In this document: positions 39,001-52,754 of the stretch, piece after piece
Position numbering within the stretch: position 1 is the stretch's first letter
How the letters are laid out: each line of letters opens with the position of its first letter
Source: Phoronis australis
Taxonomy: Eukaryota > Animalia > Phoronida
DNA length: 64,000 nucleotides
Assembly (NCBI GenBank): GCA_002633005.1
Contig: NMRA01000155.1
Coordinates: 179,844 to 243,843, forward strand
Direction: 5' to 3'
The notes under the pieces: generated by a model
What the model saw: only the letters and a program-made list of their open reading frames with translations
What the model was told of the DNA's origin: nothing
Database searches by the model: none
Position numbers and translations under genes: made by a program

Positions 39001-42000
39001 CCAAGGCTGTCTATTCAACCATCGGTGCAAAAAAACAAGACCTTCCAATATCAAATGCTGCATGTTTCAATTATCGCTTTAAAGTTTTTGGCCAGATGAT
39101 TATCCTAGACAGCTTTGTAATCCCGTGTCATACACTAAAGTCTCTGAGAGAAAACACGAGATATAAGCATGGACAACATCATTATAAGCATCAATGTGCA
39201 GTATTTCCGTGCACAAAATAACTTTCTAAGACGGAGGATTTTAAAAATAAATGTAATTTCACAAATCAGCATTTAAACAAACAAGACAAAGGGATGGGAC
39301 CAAGGTGAAACACAGTGCTATATTATGATTTGAGAAGTCACTTAGCAAACCTACTCAGGCCAATGCAACAGCTCACTTGACAACCGCGTAGATTCATGCC
39401 ACCTGACACGAACAGACTGCAGATTATACCATTTGAGCCTATGGCAAACATTGATCAAAACGGCATTTGTGTAGACCTGTCCTCAGCCTAGTTTGTTATT
39501 CATGTCAACAACTTGTCTAATATTAGCATACTGAGGTGACGATAAAAGCGGATAGTTGGTGGGATGTGCTTTTGATCCTATTACAAATTGCGCAAACTTA
39601 AACACTCGGACAATTCCCAATATATAACAATTTATAAGCATACCAAATAAGAGACCTCTAGCAATGGGCCATCAACTCAACAAAACACAGCTAAATGTCT
39701 CAGCATACAAAACAGTAAGTAAGTAGCACTCTCAAATAGTTACAAACCATGATATGAGAGCGAAGATTTCCTTTCTGAGCAAATGTCATAGGGCAGAACT
39801 CGCACATGTGTGGCTTTTCACCGGTGTGTCGATGCATGTGCATCTGTAGTGCCCCCTTCTGGTTGAATGCCTTGTCGCATGATTCACACTTAAATGGCCG
39901 TTCACCTGAAAATCGCAAAAAGTTGAATTACCTTTCATCATTTGTGACATTTAAAATGGAAACTGTAGCTCGATGACGTTTGCCATGCCCTTCGAGAAGT
40001 GGTGGTCACGAAAACCCATAATTGACGACCACGCCACCTGGTGACTAAGGACAAACCTTATTAAAAAATGTAGCATACACGGATATAACATGTGTGCAAC
40101 GTTTCTCTACATTGACAGGAGATTACTGAAGTAGTGCACTGAGAAAAAGTCAACAGGGGCCAAACATTAATAGAAAAGCATTTGCAACAATCAGAGGTAA
40201 GGTTTTGCAAAGAACATGAGGGGTATGAACTCTTTGTGGCTTCCCACCTGTGCAACTGTATACAACTGAAATTCAACATTCACAACTGTACCCCTTCCGT
40301 AATACCCCCTTAGAAACATTGCCAACTTAAACAAGTGTATGAAGTACAAGTACTCACCAGTGTGGATGCGCACATGACGACGCAGCTGACTGGGCTTCTG
40401 AAAACACTTGCCACAATGCTTGCACTTGTGATGGAAGCTGGATCGGTCAATGTTACTCTTGTGACGCCTGTGCGCCAGAGACGCCCTGCAGAGTGCCAAA
40501 CAAATGAACAGTGAACAGGAATGAAGACGTACATGTCCGTTAAGCATGGAATTATAGAATGTGCTGACCAAACTACAAAACGTTTGCAAATATGTGTGCA
40601 CTTTAAAAATTTTAATTGTTATTTAAAATAACTATCAACACTGAGGTCAAATTTCAACTTGAATTTGAGTGTATAAAAATGAGACTACACGCAAAGAAGA
40701 CTCAAAACTGGTACGAAGAATTTATTGGGATACGTATGTGGCCAGGCTCAGTTTTACTGCAACATTTTCATGAGAAACAGTTCAGACAAGTATAGAAATA
40801 AGGCGAGTTGATACTGGTAATAACAATTTTCTTACCAAAATCATAAAGTCAAAGGTATCGTTCACAACAGTGACAACTCAGTGAACACAGAATGGCATGA
40901 CCATCCAACAAATGCTAAAGTCTAAGAAGTAACTTTAATTCATAACTTTCAAAGGACCTCCCTTTTCCTTCCCGCCTCACTGATTATTGTGGCCAGTTGC
41001 ATGAAACATTCCCAATAGGGACTCCACTGTGCTTCCTAAACCTTCAGCGCACTTGTACGTATTAAGTGCCAGGACAGACTACCCTTTCTTCTGCTATTTT
41101 ATCTTCAAAGTTTAGTGAGTGAATTTTCAGCTTTGATACATAGCGAGGAGCAAACTCAATGTTGGAATTCTTACTAATATTATCTGAAAATAAATTGGGG
41201 CCTTTTCACATTACACCCCTACTTTAAGGACTAGCAGTTTATTCATGTTTACTGAAATGCTGACTCAGTTTCCAGTTATGTAATTAGTTAGAATCCCTAT
41301 TTGAGAATGTTTCAAGCACACGGTCACTCATGCCCACTTACTTGAACTTGTAGTGAACTCGCATGTGGTCCCTCAATAAGGTGAGTTTGGGGAACTCTAG
41401 CAAGCACTGCTTACACACATATGTCCTGGTCCCCTCCTGCTCCTCACGATGTTCCTGCATGTGCTTGTCCAGTTGACGCTGTCAATTACAAACAGATGAG
41501 ATAACCATAATGCTCTCTGCAGTGATACACCCGTGACTGCGGCAACGGATTTACACATCCAGCGGTAGCAATACGGTAGATATACAGTACACGCCAAACG
41601 TATTCAGATCCAAAATTTGCCATATCATGACAGCTGGGTGGATGCTGAACTTGTCATCAGTGCGTAACCAACCCTCATGACTGAGAATGAAGGGAAATTA
41701 ACAGGACAGTTAGTCAGGTGGCTAACAAATTCCGTAATTAGAAGTTTGCAGTCATAGTAGTTGTATTCAGTCATTTTTGCTGTCAACAGAATAAACCCTA
41801 ATAACGAGGGAGCATTGTTTTGTCTGGTTATTTTGTCTTGCTGTAGAAATGGGTTTACACCAGTGCTGGGTCCAACTTGAATCAATCACATTACAACAAA
41901 TCTTCTTGGTACTTCTCCTAAACAGTCAATAACACTGAGAAAATTGAGTACTTTAATGCACATTTTGCTTTTAAAATTCAAATTTCAAAACTTGTTTTCA

Positions 42001-45000
42001 TTGCAGAGACACGAGGGTACCTTAACCCGCGTAAAGAAACTTGTATGCTGGGCTCATTCTTTGACAACTGAAGTAGACAGACCTTCAGCTTCTTACTGTG
42101 TCAGCCAATCTACAGTTTGTGCCCAACCTAACACTGACTCTGAGTTTCTTTTGTTTGGCGAAACTGGGAATTCACTCCTTATAGTTGAAAGTGTGAAGCT
42201 TAATGAGTAGGTGCTCCAGCTCTGAGTTGATTTGTTTTCATCTTATTAATACTTGCATCGTATTTAACAAATATGGTGGCTGACCTTGCTGAAACATAGT
42301 AGGTTATTATCAAGATAGGAGTATTGTTCAGCTAAAACACATCCTAGCTGATTATAAAGATAGGAGTATTGTTCAGCTGAAACACATCCTAGCTGATTAT
42401 AAAGATAGGAGTATTGTTCAGCTGAAACACATCCTAGCTGTAACTGACAGTGCTGTTCACCTACCTGAAGACTGAACTCATCACCACACTCTGTACACAT
42501 AACACTCTCCTCCACCTCGTGCAGCATGACATGAGCCTTCAGGCTGGCCACACGCGAGAATTTCTTGCCACATTCGGGACATGTCGGGTCTTCGACTGCG
42601 TGTGTTGCCTGATGTAGTATCAGATTGTGCTCCACGTTGAAAGTGGCTGGGCACTGGTCACACGCGAAAGGTTTATCATCTTCGTGGGCCTTCCGGTGGC
42701 GCTGCAGTTGGGGCCAACGTGGAAACACCTTAGAGCATATGTCGCACGAGAACGGTGCCTGTGGAGTATATGAACAACACTATACACAAGGAGTATATGA
42801 GGTGATAATGAACAACAGTGTACACAAGGAGTATATGAGGTGATATTGAACAACACTACACAAGGAGTATATGAGGTGATGTTGAACAACACTGTACACA
42901 AGGACAGGGCTCAACACTAACGGGTGCCCGATTGCCCGTGTACATGTAGATTTTGCGTCGGGCAAGTGGAATTTGAAAAGTACTTGCCCGATCGGCAAGT
43001 TAAAAAGCTGGCCTATGCGTTGTATATCACCCCCGATGAGCCCCTGCTTGCGCGCACCCGAACTCCCAAATGGTATCTGGTAGAATTTTAGGGGNNNNNN
43101 NNNNNNNNNNNNNNNNNNNNNNNNNNNNNNNNNNNNNNNNNNNNNNNNNNNNNNNNNNNNNNNNNNAGGGCCCCCCCCCCCCTAAATCCGCCACTGGCAA
43201 CTCATGTATATAGCATGCACGAAACAAGAGGAGGCTCAGCACAGGCAGCCCTACGGTAACACATTACCTATGGTACACTGTACACAAGGAGTATATGAGG
43301 TGATATTGAACAACACAGTACACAAGGAGTATATGAGGTGATATTAAACAACACTGTACACAAGGAGTATATGAGGTGATATTGAATAACACTGTACACA
43401 AGGAGTATATGAGGTGATATTGAATAACACTGTACACAAGGAGTATATAAGGTGATATTGAATAACACTGTCATACACAAGGAGTATATGAGGTGATATT
43501 GAATAACACTGTACACAAGGAGCATATGAGGTGAAATTGAATAACACTGTACACAAGGAGTATATGAGGTGATATTGAATAACACTGTACACAAGGAGTA
43601 TATGAGGTGATATTGAATAACACAGTACACAACAAGTGTCTAAACTAAAATGCACAAAACGGCGTCGTTTTTGACACAGAATTAAAATCGTCTTTGCTTT
43701 TTCCCAGTTTCATCAATCCAAATATGGCACTCAAATGGGAACATTTCATAAAACATGGTATGAAATTCTTTGTTTACCGCAAAATAAAGTTAGGAGCTAA
43801 TCTCTCAGGCACTTAATATTTAGTTGTGTACCACCAAAAATTAAAAAGGAAAACTTACGTCTCATGCAAAATCATGATTTCTTATGGAAACAAAATGACC
43901 TTTAAGTCTCATAAACCTTAAGGTAAAGATGGCAGTGCTTTCACTTCATACAACTAAATTATTCCAATGAGGAAAAATCCTTCTCCCTCAGTAACTGACT
44001 AAAGAAGCCAAGACTAAATGTCTTTGTGCTGGTGACAGACAACATTATGGACTAGAGTCATATGAATGATTTTTTTCATGCAACACAATAACTACACTTG
44101 GTTATCTTCAAAGGTTAGGCCAAGTCAGATCATGTCTGATTGATTTGAGATGAGGACAACTGGCTTACAAACCATTCAGATATCTTAGCTGCTTGACCTG
44201 GTGGAGTTAATTAAGTGCAGCCACTGCAATCCCCACAATGCCTGGGATTAAGAAGAATCAACAGTTCCTGCATTGCTTCAGGCCTAGCTCATGTAACCCA
44301 CTTGTCATGATGTCAGTTAAAAATTTCAGGTGATATACTGTGAACTAATATCAATTCAAGGAAAGGACACAAACATGATGGCTTTGCTTTGAAAGAGCAA
44401 TTACACCTGTGAAGAAGGGAGTTTTTTTGACATGTTTCACAGAAACTTTTAAAATGAATATCTTATTACAGGCTAAAAAGGCATTTAGCTACCACTTGGA
44501 ACAGCGACGTTGAATAACAGATGTGCATGAAGTGAAGCATTTACCATAAAAACTCTCCAGCTTGGCAGTCTTTAAGATTTGGGAATAGAAATTCAAACAC
44601 AGATTGAATTTTCATGATAATATAGACTAGGACGCAGTCGATTTTGGTGTTCGTCATATGTCTCAAATTTTAGACACTGTGTTTTATATCAACGAAGCTC
44701 TGATCTTGAACAAAATAATTTTTACCGTAGGTTACTGTCTAATGCGAGCTAAGATAGAGCTGTACTTCAGCAGTCTAAATCAACAACAAATAACTTAGTA
44801 CCTTGCCAATAGGTGGTCCAATGTCAGGTGATTTGGCAGCATGTTCAACGGTTTGCTGGGGGTCTATATTTTCTTGCTGTAATTGTGGCGTTGGCAGAGA
44901 TGTGACCAAGATATATTCTGCAAAACCAATAAATAACACATTAAGTTTTGATCATACAACTGCAACATTACATAATGGTTATGAATACAGTTTTCAAAGT

Positions 45001-48000
45001 TTTGACAAAACTTGTGTAATGTCATTGCCATCATCTCAACTCTTTATTGTATGTACCAAAGACTAAAATACAACTTTGATAACAATAATTGGGGAAAAAT
45101 AAAAAACCTGCCAATAGAGATGACAGCTGCATGAAGCGTAACAAATGAGAATGTACATATCAAAACTAATTGATGCCTACTAGAGAACACTGACTCCATG
45201 TGTACTCTGCATTGGACCCAGCACACTGTTAAAACAACAGTTTGACAAAAAGTCTGTGGCATCCAAGACGCAACATAAATCATTTAAATTAGTGATAGAA
45301 GTTAACTTCCATACTTTTCACAGGTAAGTCAATGATACCGTTAGTAAGCATGACCAGCTGCCACAGGTATGACCTTTTCCAGCACAAGAAATCTCGTAAG
45401 CCAGAAAAGAAAACGATGCAATTTATGCAAGCACTGTGGGCTCACAAGACAGGTCATTGACGACACGCTCTAGCGACTGAACTGGGAGTGCAGAACAATA
45501 TTAAACGCGGATTCACTTCATATCAAGCGTTTAAATTCTCAAGAGCTACGTGAGAAAAAAAATGCAATTAGCCATTTTACTTGATTTTATGTTCACTCAT
45601 TTGCCCACCTTGGGTACGAATCGGTATCAATACAAACATGTACCTTTGGCAGAATACAGGTAAAATACAGTGAATGAAATTTTCTGATCTAAAATTAATG
45701 TCATCAAAAGGTGTACTCTTTCTTATAAGTAAACTGATTCAAATTGTTACTGGTGCTAAAAAATTGTCATTAGTTGGAGCACCATGGAATACACTGTCAG
45801 CTAACTTGGCCAAATTCTTTTTGCCCCAATTCCTTTATCAGCTATTTTTTTTCCACAAGCCTTGTGACACAAGACAGAGTACACTTCACAAGTTATGGTG
45901 ATTGGTTCAAAGAGTTAGCAAACTGAATTTCTGAGCAAATTTTGCTGCGACAAAGTTGTCACCTACAAGACAATGAAGTTTCTTAGATTGTTTTTCTCGT
46001 TTAGGCAACTGTAACATGCAAGGTGTACATCAGCTGATTCTTACATTTCACATGCATCCTCTCCAGTCATGAACTTTAGATGTTTCATGAAGAAGTCGTG
46101 AGCAGTGACAGTAAACGAAAAATAACGGCTCAGGCTTAGTTAAGCTTTTAGCATCACTAAGCCCAATTTATTTCCGAAATCCAAATTGAAAATAATCATC
46201 ATTGAATGTTGGTCCTTTTCCATAATGCTCAAGCAGTCAATTGTGACGAATGTGGGTCATTTGTGACTTTGTAACTTTATAAATCAAGTACTAGAGGTCT
46301 CAAAAGTGACATAAAGATGTATGGATCAAAGCATAATAGATACGAAGAAAGGATGGATTGCACTGTGACTGAAAATTGGTAGTAAATTTCACAAGTTTTT
46401 GAACGACTTGAAATTTACGGTCTATGAAATCCAACTGAACCCTAGCGACAGGACTGCTAACAGATTTATGGTGAACAAAAAAAGCAAGCTTTGCTTAAAT
46501 TTCCAAATTTTCCCCACACACTTCACTGCAACAGTAGCTGCTTTTTGAGGTTCAGTCACAGACAGCTAACTCACTGGCTAGGTTCACAGCAGGCTTGATT
46601 GCTGTTCTGGTGTTATTCTCCTGTTTAACTTGTGTAGTTATATAAGTTCGATGCATCGGATTTCAGTGCCATGAAAATTAGAGCATCAATTATTGGGCAA
46701 TTTCTTTTTCCGCTGACTCTTAAATCAACTGTTGTTCCTCCAACAGGTTAATACAGGATCACACTAAGTTAAATCTGAATTGTTTTCACTTCATTGAAAG
46801 TTTTCAGAATTTTTTGCCAGCAAAGCACACTTCTACGCAAATATTGCTTCGGCAAAGTCGTCCCACAGCTCCCGAAGGATATGGCAAAAATTTTAGCACA
46901 AGAGTTTTCAAGTTGACGACAGTCTCTTTTTTGATACAAAAACAGAGAATGGCATAAGGAAATGGTGTGTAATCAATAGGTTGTATTGTATTTAAAGGAC
47001 TGTATGTACTAAGCGAGATAAGCTTCAGTCAACTTACAGATTTAACATACACCCTGACCACTGTTAGCCAGTCAGCTAGCTGTATGAAGATTACCGTTAA
47101 AGTATAGCTAGAAACCACCACATATTAGCTTCAATAGACCTCAAAATGTCACATCGCCCAAATAGTTCTGCACCTCACAACAATCACAACCCCATCTCTG
47201 ACCACAACTTATCAACACACAGAGCTAACAACTGACAGGGGTGCATGGACAATCTGGGAATCAACCAACACTCACCATGCTCCTTGTGCCAGAAAAAGGA
47301 ATCTGCCAGTAGGCCATTTCAAGGCATTGAAAGCCATTGCATCTTATATCACTCCGCAACATTAAGAGCAGAATAAAACAGTAATTTTTCTAACACTGAT
47401 ATATTATAAGTTATTTAATTCAATGAAGGACCACGTTTGATGACAATAATTTTGTGTGAGGTTTTATTTGGCCAGTTTTTTACCAACAAGGGCGCAAAAA
47501 GCTGAACATTTTTGTATTACAGCTTAATTTGCACCATCAGTCCAAGGCCAACTGATTAGCGAAAAAAGTTTCACAATGAAGTGACATGCTGAACAACTTA
47601 GGCGGAGTGAAATATTGAGGTTTGTGAAGTTAACAAACAACAAACAGTCCCTAGCTGTATTTTGGCGTGTTAGTGTTCAACTCAAACAGCTACAGAGCTA
47701 CAACTTCTACTTCTACTAATAAGTCTGTAGCCACTTACAATTAAAAATGAAAGATTTTTTCAGGTGCATATTCACATCAGCGCCGGCTCGTACTGGCGTG
47801 CTAAGACAGGAAAATTATGATAACTCCCACTCCAATTACACACAAAATTTAAGTGATTATCTTAAGTCCAATTCGCTTCAGACTCAAGTTGTTCGGCAAG
47901 GAAAACCCAAAAGGGAATCCCGATATCATTGCGCCGGAATGCTAACGTCGGCTTGAAACTGAATCCGCTGGTAAACGTATATCAAGGTTCGGACAAGTCA

Positions 48001-48117
48001 AAGGGCAGACGCATGAAGGGTCATCCAATATTGAGAATGCAATGTTTTAGCGATATTGTACTCACGTGAACCATCTGACATAACAACAGTCGGAGAATCT
48101 TGCTCCACAAGGGACAT
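24071..48117 (-). CDS. ZNF236: Zinc finger protein 236 orthologue, multi-C2H2, 24 coding exons, about 1620 aa
   Basis: Phase-consistent exons 48066-48117, 44802-44917, 42465-42758, 41342-41478, 40358-40485, 39748-39905, 38840-38956, 38034-38168, 37519-37767, 36869-37127, 36329-36523, 35557-35706, 35055-35304, 33411-33621, 32056-32154, 31315-31421, 30210-30358, 29641-29898, 29094-29293, 28146-28299, 26709-27607, 25370-25450, 25040-25217, 24071-24357 (4863 nt). Diagnostic ZNF236 peptides [52 protein letters not shown] and [12 protein letters not shown]. Confidence 0.93.
30692..31114. mobile_element. MITE with TIR CAGGGCTTGGAAT / ATTTCAAGCTCTG and 6-bp TSD TTACAT
   Basis: TTACAT at 30686-30691 and 31115-31120. 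A related terminus lies near 34380-34394. Confidence 0.8.
33795..33998. repeat. 34-bp minisatellite, 6 copies (AATAGTACTGACCTTTGACACAACACGGCCATGC)
   Basis: Near-identical head-to-tail units. Confidence 0.95.
34025..34165. repeat. Tandem duplication of about 74 bp, 2 copies
   Basis: CAATTACAACTTCTCAGATACTGCTAGCAAGC...TTGCAATA occurs twice. Confidence 0.9.
42305..42440. repeat. 45-bp tandem repeat, 3 copies
   Basis: GATAGGAGTATTGTTCAGCTGAAACACATCCTAGCTGATTATAAA units. Confidence 0.9.
42764..43632. repeat. 38-bp minisatellite of about 13 units, interrupted by MITE fragments (about 42905-43200) and an N gap
   Basis: Unit ACACAAGGAGTATATGAGGTGATATTGAATAACACTGT. The insert starts CAGGGCTCAACACTAAC and contains an end AAATCCGCCACTG. 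Confidence 0.92.
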
Positions 48118-48122
48118 TTTTA

Positions 48123-48148
48123 GGGAATTTTTACTGACAAAATGGCGG
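48123..48148. promoter_or_regulatory. ZNF236 proximal promoter/5'UTR with a YY1-type motif
   Basis: AAAATGGCGG at 48139-48148, just upstream of the ATG at 48117. Confidence 0.4.
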
Positions 48149-48757
48149 TGATTTGGACGCCGTTTTTGGGTAGAAACAAAAGCATAAATTTCCAATTCTT
48201 TCACCACTAATCCCTAGTTATGCAGTTTCAAAATTTATAGATTTAGAAGAAATATAATAATATAATACTTCTTTATAAATTTTGATTTTTTTTAAATTTT
48301 TGTTTTTTGAGATTTTATAACTTAATTTTACCAAAACTTTATCAAACTGAAATTATTGTTTTTAAAAACTCTGACGAACTTGAAGTATGACCGCAAGGAT
48401 CGCACTGTTTTCGTTCCTAACACGGGGGGGGGGGGTACGCCCACTCACAAAAGAAGTGTAGGAAGTATACGGCATCCAGGTATACAGGACGTGCAAGTTA
48501 GATGGGTGACTTTTTCACCATACGCAATTTCCTTAAGGGCTATTATACGACAAAATACGCTTTTTCTACTTCACAATTCAGTTACTGATGGTTTTGTAAT
48601 AGGGACTAACTCAGTGTCAATGGGCTAAATCAAGGCCTCCGCGCAGGCTACTGAGCCCGCCGCGCGCTGAGTGGAACTACCACGACTGTACAATCATACT
48701 CTGAAAATCTTCACAGACCGTCTGAAAATTAATTCATTGACTAAAACTTCCCACAGT

Positions 48758-50330
48758 CATTTATAAAAAACTTTCATTGAATATCCCAGGGCTGCATAAG
48801 TGACACGGTCCAGAGGCATCCGGCTGACCTGAGTTTCACAACCGTCCCCGCCGGCCACCGGAGGGAAAGCAGATTCCTGGGAGATCATAACAACTAGCCA
48901 GACGATTTCTCTCTAGAGCTCTCCGGTAAGTCATGTCCCGGTTACAGCTCCTGTACCTACTGAGCTGTCTTACACCGAAAGTGCGATGATCATGCCATCG
49001 CCGGGGACATGAGATCGTTTTGGCTAATCTTCGGGACAATATATATAGGGCCGCCTAGCTGCCAACATTTGGAAGACCAACAGATCGAAAAATTATCAGT
49101 CTTAATCCGAATTTATTTCAACCAGTATAAGTTAATGCCCTGACTGAAGTCCACTGATTTGCCTTCTGCAGTGAAGGTGAAACCACGGAAGTCGCCGCGG
49201 AGTGTGCCCCGGCCGACGGATTCAGCGTCCATCGCACAACTCATGGCGCGCACCCGCCAGGGCGTGAGGGGGCTCCGGCTCGGAGGGCTCGAACGAGCCC
49301 CAATTTGGCAAAGTAAGCAAAAAGGTAAAAGACACAAAAAAGTTCGAGAAAACGAGACAAAAGTCCACTAAAAAGGCAAGAATTCGGCGAATGCACAATT
49401 TATAGCTCGATCGGAACGAAGTGACCCCGGCCCGTTTCAAGTTCCCCGTTTTTTTTTTAGATTTCTAGTAATCTCTTGATTATGAGCTCTTCGCTAACTA
49501 TTGACTTTTCTGATAATATAATTAAAAACTAATCATAGGAAANTCATTTATAAAAAACTTTCATTGAATATCCCAGGGCTGCATGACACGTCACCCGTCC
49601 CAGAGGCATCCTGACCTGAGTTTCACAACAGTCCCCCGCCGGCCACCCCCTGGCCGCAAGTGCGGCCACCGGAGGGAAAGCAGATTCCTGGGAGATCATA
49701 ACAACTAGCCAGACGATTTCTCTCTAGAGCTCCCCGGTAAGTCATGTCCCGGTTACAGCTCCTGTACCTAGCTGTCTTACACAAAGTGCGATGATGCCAT
49801 CGACAGATAGTTTTGGCTAATCTTCGGGACAATACTAGGGCCGCCTAGCTGCCAACATTTGGAAGACCAACAGATCGAAAAATTATCAGTCTTAATCCGA
49901 ATTTATTTCAACCAGTATAAGTTAATGCCCTGACTGAAGTCCACTGATTTGCCTTCTGCAGTGAAGGTGAAACCATTGAAGTCGAGAGTGTGCCCCGGCC
50001 GACGGATTCAGCGTCCATCAACTCATGGCGCTCACCCGCCAGGGCGTGAGGGGGCTCCGGCTCGGAGGGCTCGAACGAGCCCCAATTTGGCAAAGTAAGC
50101 AAAAAGGTAAAAGACACAAAAAAGTTCTCAGTCGAGAAAACGAGACAAAAGTCCACTAAAAAGGCAAGAATTCGGCGAATGTACAATTCATAGCTCGATC
50201 GGAACGATCGAAGTGACCCCGGCCCGTTTCAAGTTCCCCTTTTTTTTTTAGCTTTCTAGTAATCTCTTGATTATGAGCTCTTCGCTAACTATTGACATTT
50301 TTGATAATATAATTAAAAACTTATCATACA
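48758..50330. repeat. Tandem duplication of about 790 bp joined at an N (probably two haplotypes)
   Basis: Copy A about 48758-49542 and copy B 49544-50330, differing mostly by small indels; single N at 49543. Confidence 0.85.
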
Positions 50331-52754
50331 TAACGCTTAATCGTCGTGAGAGACGGTCCGGAGTTGGTATATGGTGCAACTCGGGACGGTCTGGGGTTTA
50401 CAGAAAACAACAGTTCAACTGTGAGTCTACACCAATGTGATAAACGAGAGTAGTTCTACTTGCTGCGTCAGCTGCTGGTATGCTTATCTCTTTTATGACA
50501 CATAATGTGCGACTGGGCAAAGCGTTTTCAAAATAATGTGGATAAATCAGTGGAGTGTGAGACCCCTGAGGTCCCTGTCAAGTCCTCACGGCAATTTTAC
50601 GTTATGGGAAAGGATAATGATTTCACAGGTCTACAAATACCCAAAAGATAATTAAGTGCCTCGTGGCCGGGCTATTTCATACCGTGCAGCGGCCTGGCAC
50701 AAGGCGGGTGCCTATTTGAATCTCTCAGTGGGGCCGTGACGTGCCGAGGTCAATTCGAAGATCAAGCAGCCTCATGCGGACACTTGTTCGGGATTCGTTA
50801 GCCCTACAGTCTTTCTTGGCCAACTTTTTCATATCCAACTTTGTCATTTTAGCTTTTTGGCCGAGCCTGTCCAGCTAGCTACACAAGCTCGGCGGTAACC
50901 GACTCGATCACCATCGATGAACGAATATGCAGGTAAGTTATGTTACCAACTATAAATATGCCATATTTTTCAGGTAACATTGAAAATATGGAGAAGCTGC
51001 AGGTCTTTAGTCTACGTTGGGGACACTAGCCTGTCTAGTTCAACTCGAATATGCAAAAATAACGAAGTCGCAAATACATAAAGGAATAGGCGATGACTGC
51101 AAAACCAGCCACATTGTGACTATCAGAGCGGGAGTAAAACTAAATTGTAATTTATCGAGTGATTAGACGGGAACATGCAGTTTATTCGGTAGGAATGTTA
51201 CAATTGAAACCTTGATGAGAACTTGGTCAGGCGAGAGAACACCAGGTTTTTTAAAAACTGACACTTGCCAGAAAATAAAAGTCTACCACTGAATTTATTT
51301 GTGCGAGTTCAGAAACGTGACTTAAATTTGAATTGACTATAGGAGGGCATTTTCGGGTGGCCTTTAGTGGGTTTGAATTACCTGGGCGAGAATGCAAGTT
51401 GCTGTAGATGTGTGTGATCCACTGAAATTAACTAAGAGGTCTTAAACAGTTAGACATTTTCTGCTTTCTCAACCCTAAACTGAAGCTAATTGACGTTTAA
51501 GACCGATCCACACTATGGTAAAATGATATCCATCGCTATAAACATGTCATACAAGGCGTCAGTTTTTGCCACCAGTGTTGACTTGAGGATAACCGGTGAA
51601 TTGAATAATGCAATTCAAGCCAATATTTATTGGCCCTTCTTATTCCTTTCAATTGTAGAGAAAAACTTCGCAGTCATTTGAGAAAAATTTTACGGACAGT
51701 AAATTCCATAGCAAAAACCAACACCGGCCAAACGAATGCAAACAAATACCACGCATGCGCCGCGCAACCTGACCCTCACCAGCGTGAGGTGAAAAAGCTC
51801 GGGTAGTTGCCTTTCCAGGGCTGGAGTTCAATAGTCAAGTCTGACACATAACAGCTAGCATTTTGTCTTCGTGTGCTCTGTGGGCTTATGCACAACAGGT
51901 GGTAACTGAACCATCATGAGCGTTAACACAGGTACATAACTTTAATCGATATACATGTAGGTGTATAGTATCAGCATTTAGATACATTGTAACTGTGTTA
52001 CGGCACGGACCCTAGTGTAAGTATCGTAGGAAATTAGGAACTATACTGTTGAGCTCGTGGTCTGTGTCGTCACATATACTTCGCTCAGTGACGTCGTGTC
52101 GGATTTTGACTGACAGGTTAAAGGGTCTTGGTCCCTATAATTCTCTCGACGAAGCCGCGATTAGCTCATTGCGTGGGCTCTTATTCGGGGAAAACCCAGG
52201 CCGAGATAATAATCAAACAGCTTTTCTAAGAAATAATTGTGACGGCCGGGGCCGGGGGGTCAGTATCTGTCTTTGACAACTTTGTCATAATCAGCTTTTT
52301 CACTGACCTTGCATATCAACTCAACCTCGCGGTACTTGAATCACCATAAACGCATGTGCTGGGAAGTTACATGTATGAGCAACTTGAAATTTTCCAGGTA
52401 CAATTGAGAGCACCGTGTGCATAATTTTTATATGGGGTAGGGGATTTCTAGTATTTAATATATATCTAAGGAACTTATGTTCATACGGTGAGAGAACACG
52501 GTTTTATGGAAACTGACGCGTGTCAGAAAACAAAATTCACAAAACGAATGAGTTTTAGAAACCTGGCTTAAATTTGATTTGATAAGAGGGCTTTTTAGGG
52601 TGCGTTGTGGATTACATTGGCAAAAAGATTTAGCTGACCCGAGAGTCTGAAATGCCTAGAAAGTTCCCGTACCTGTATGATCCATTGAAACTGAGTGGCC
52701 TTAAACAAGTAAATTGACGTTTCACAATGAACTCCATGATAACATGTCATCGCT

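Noticed and set aside
43268-43655. ORFs of 103-120 aa with repeated peptides
   Set aside because: They are translations of the 38-bp minisatellite. The same applies to the ORFs at 33727-34027.
47321-47323. In-frame TGA in the candidate ZNF236 exon read as selenocysteine
   Set aside because: No SECIS was identified and there is no evidence that the frame is translated.
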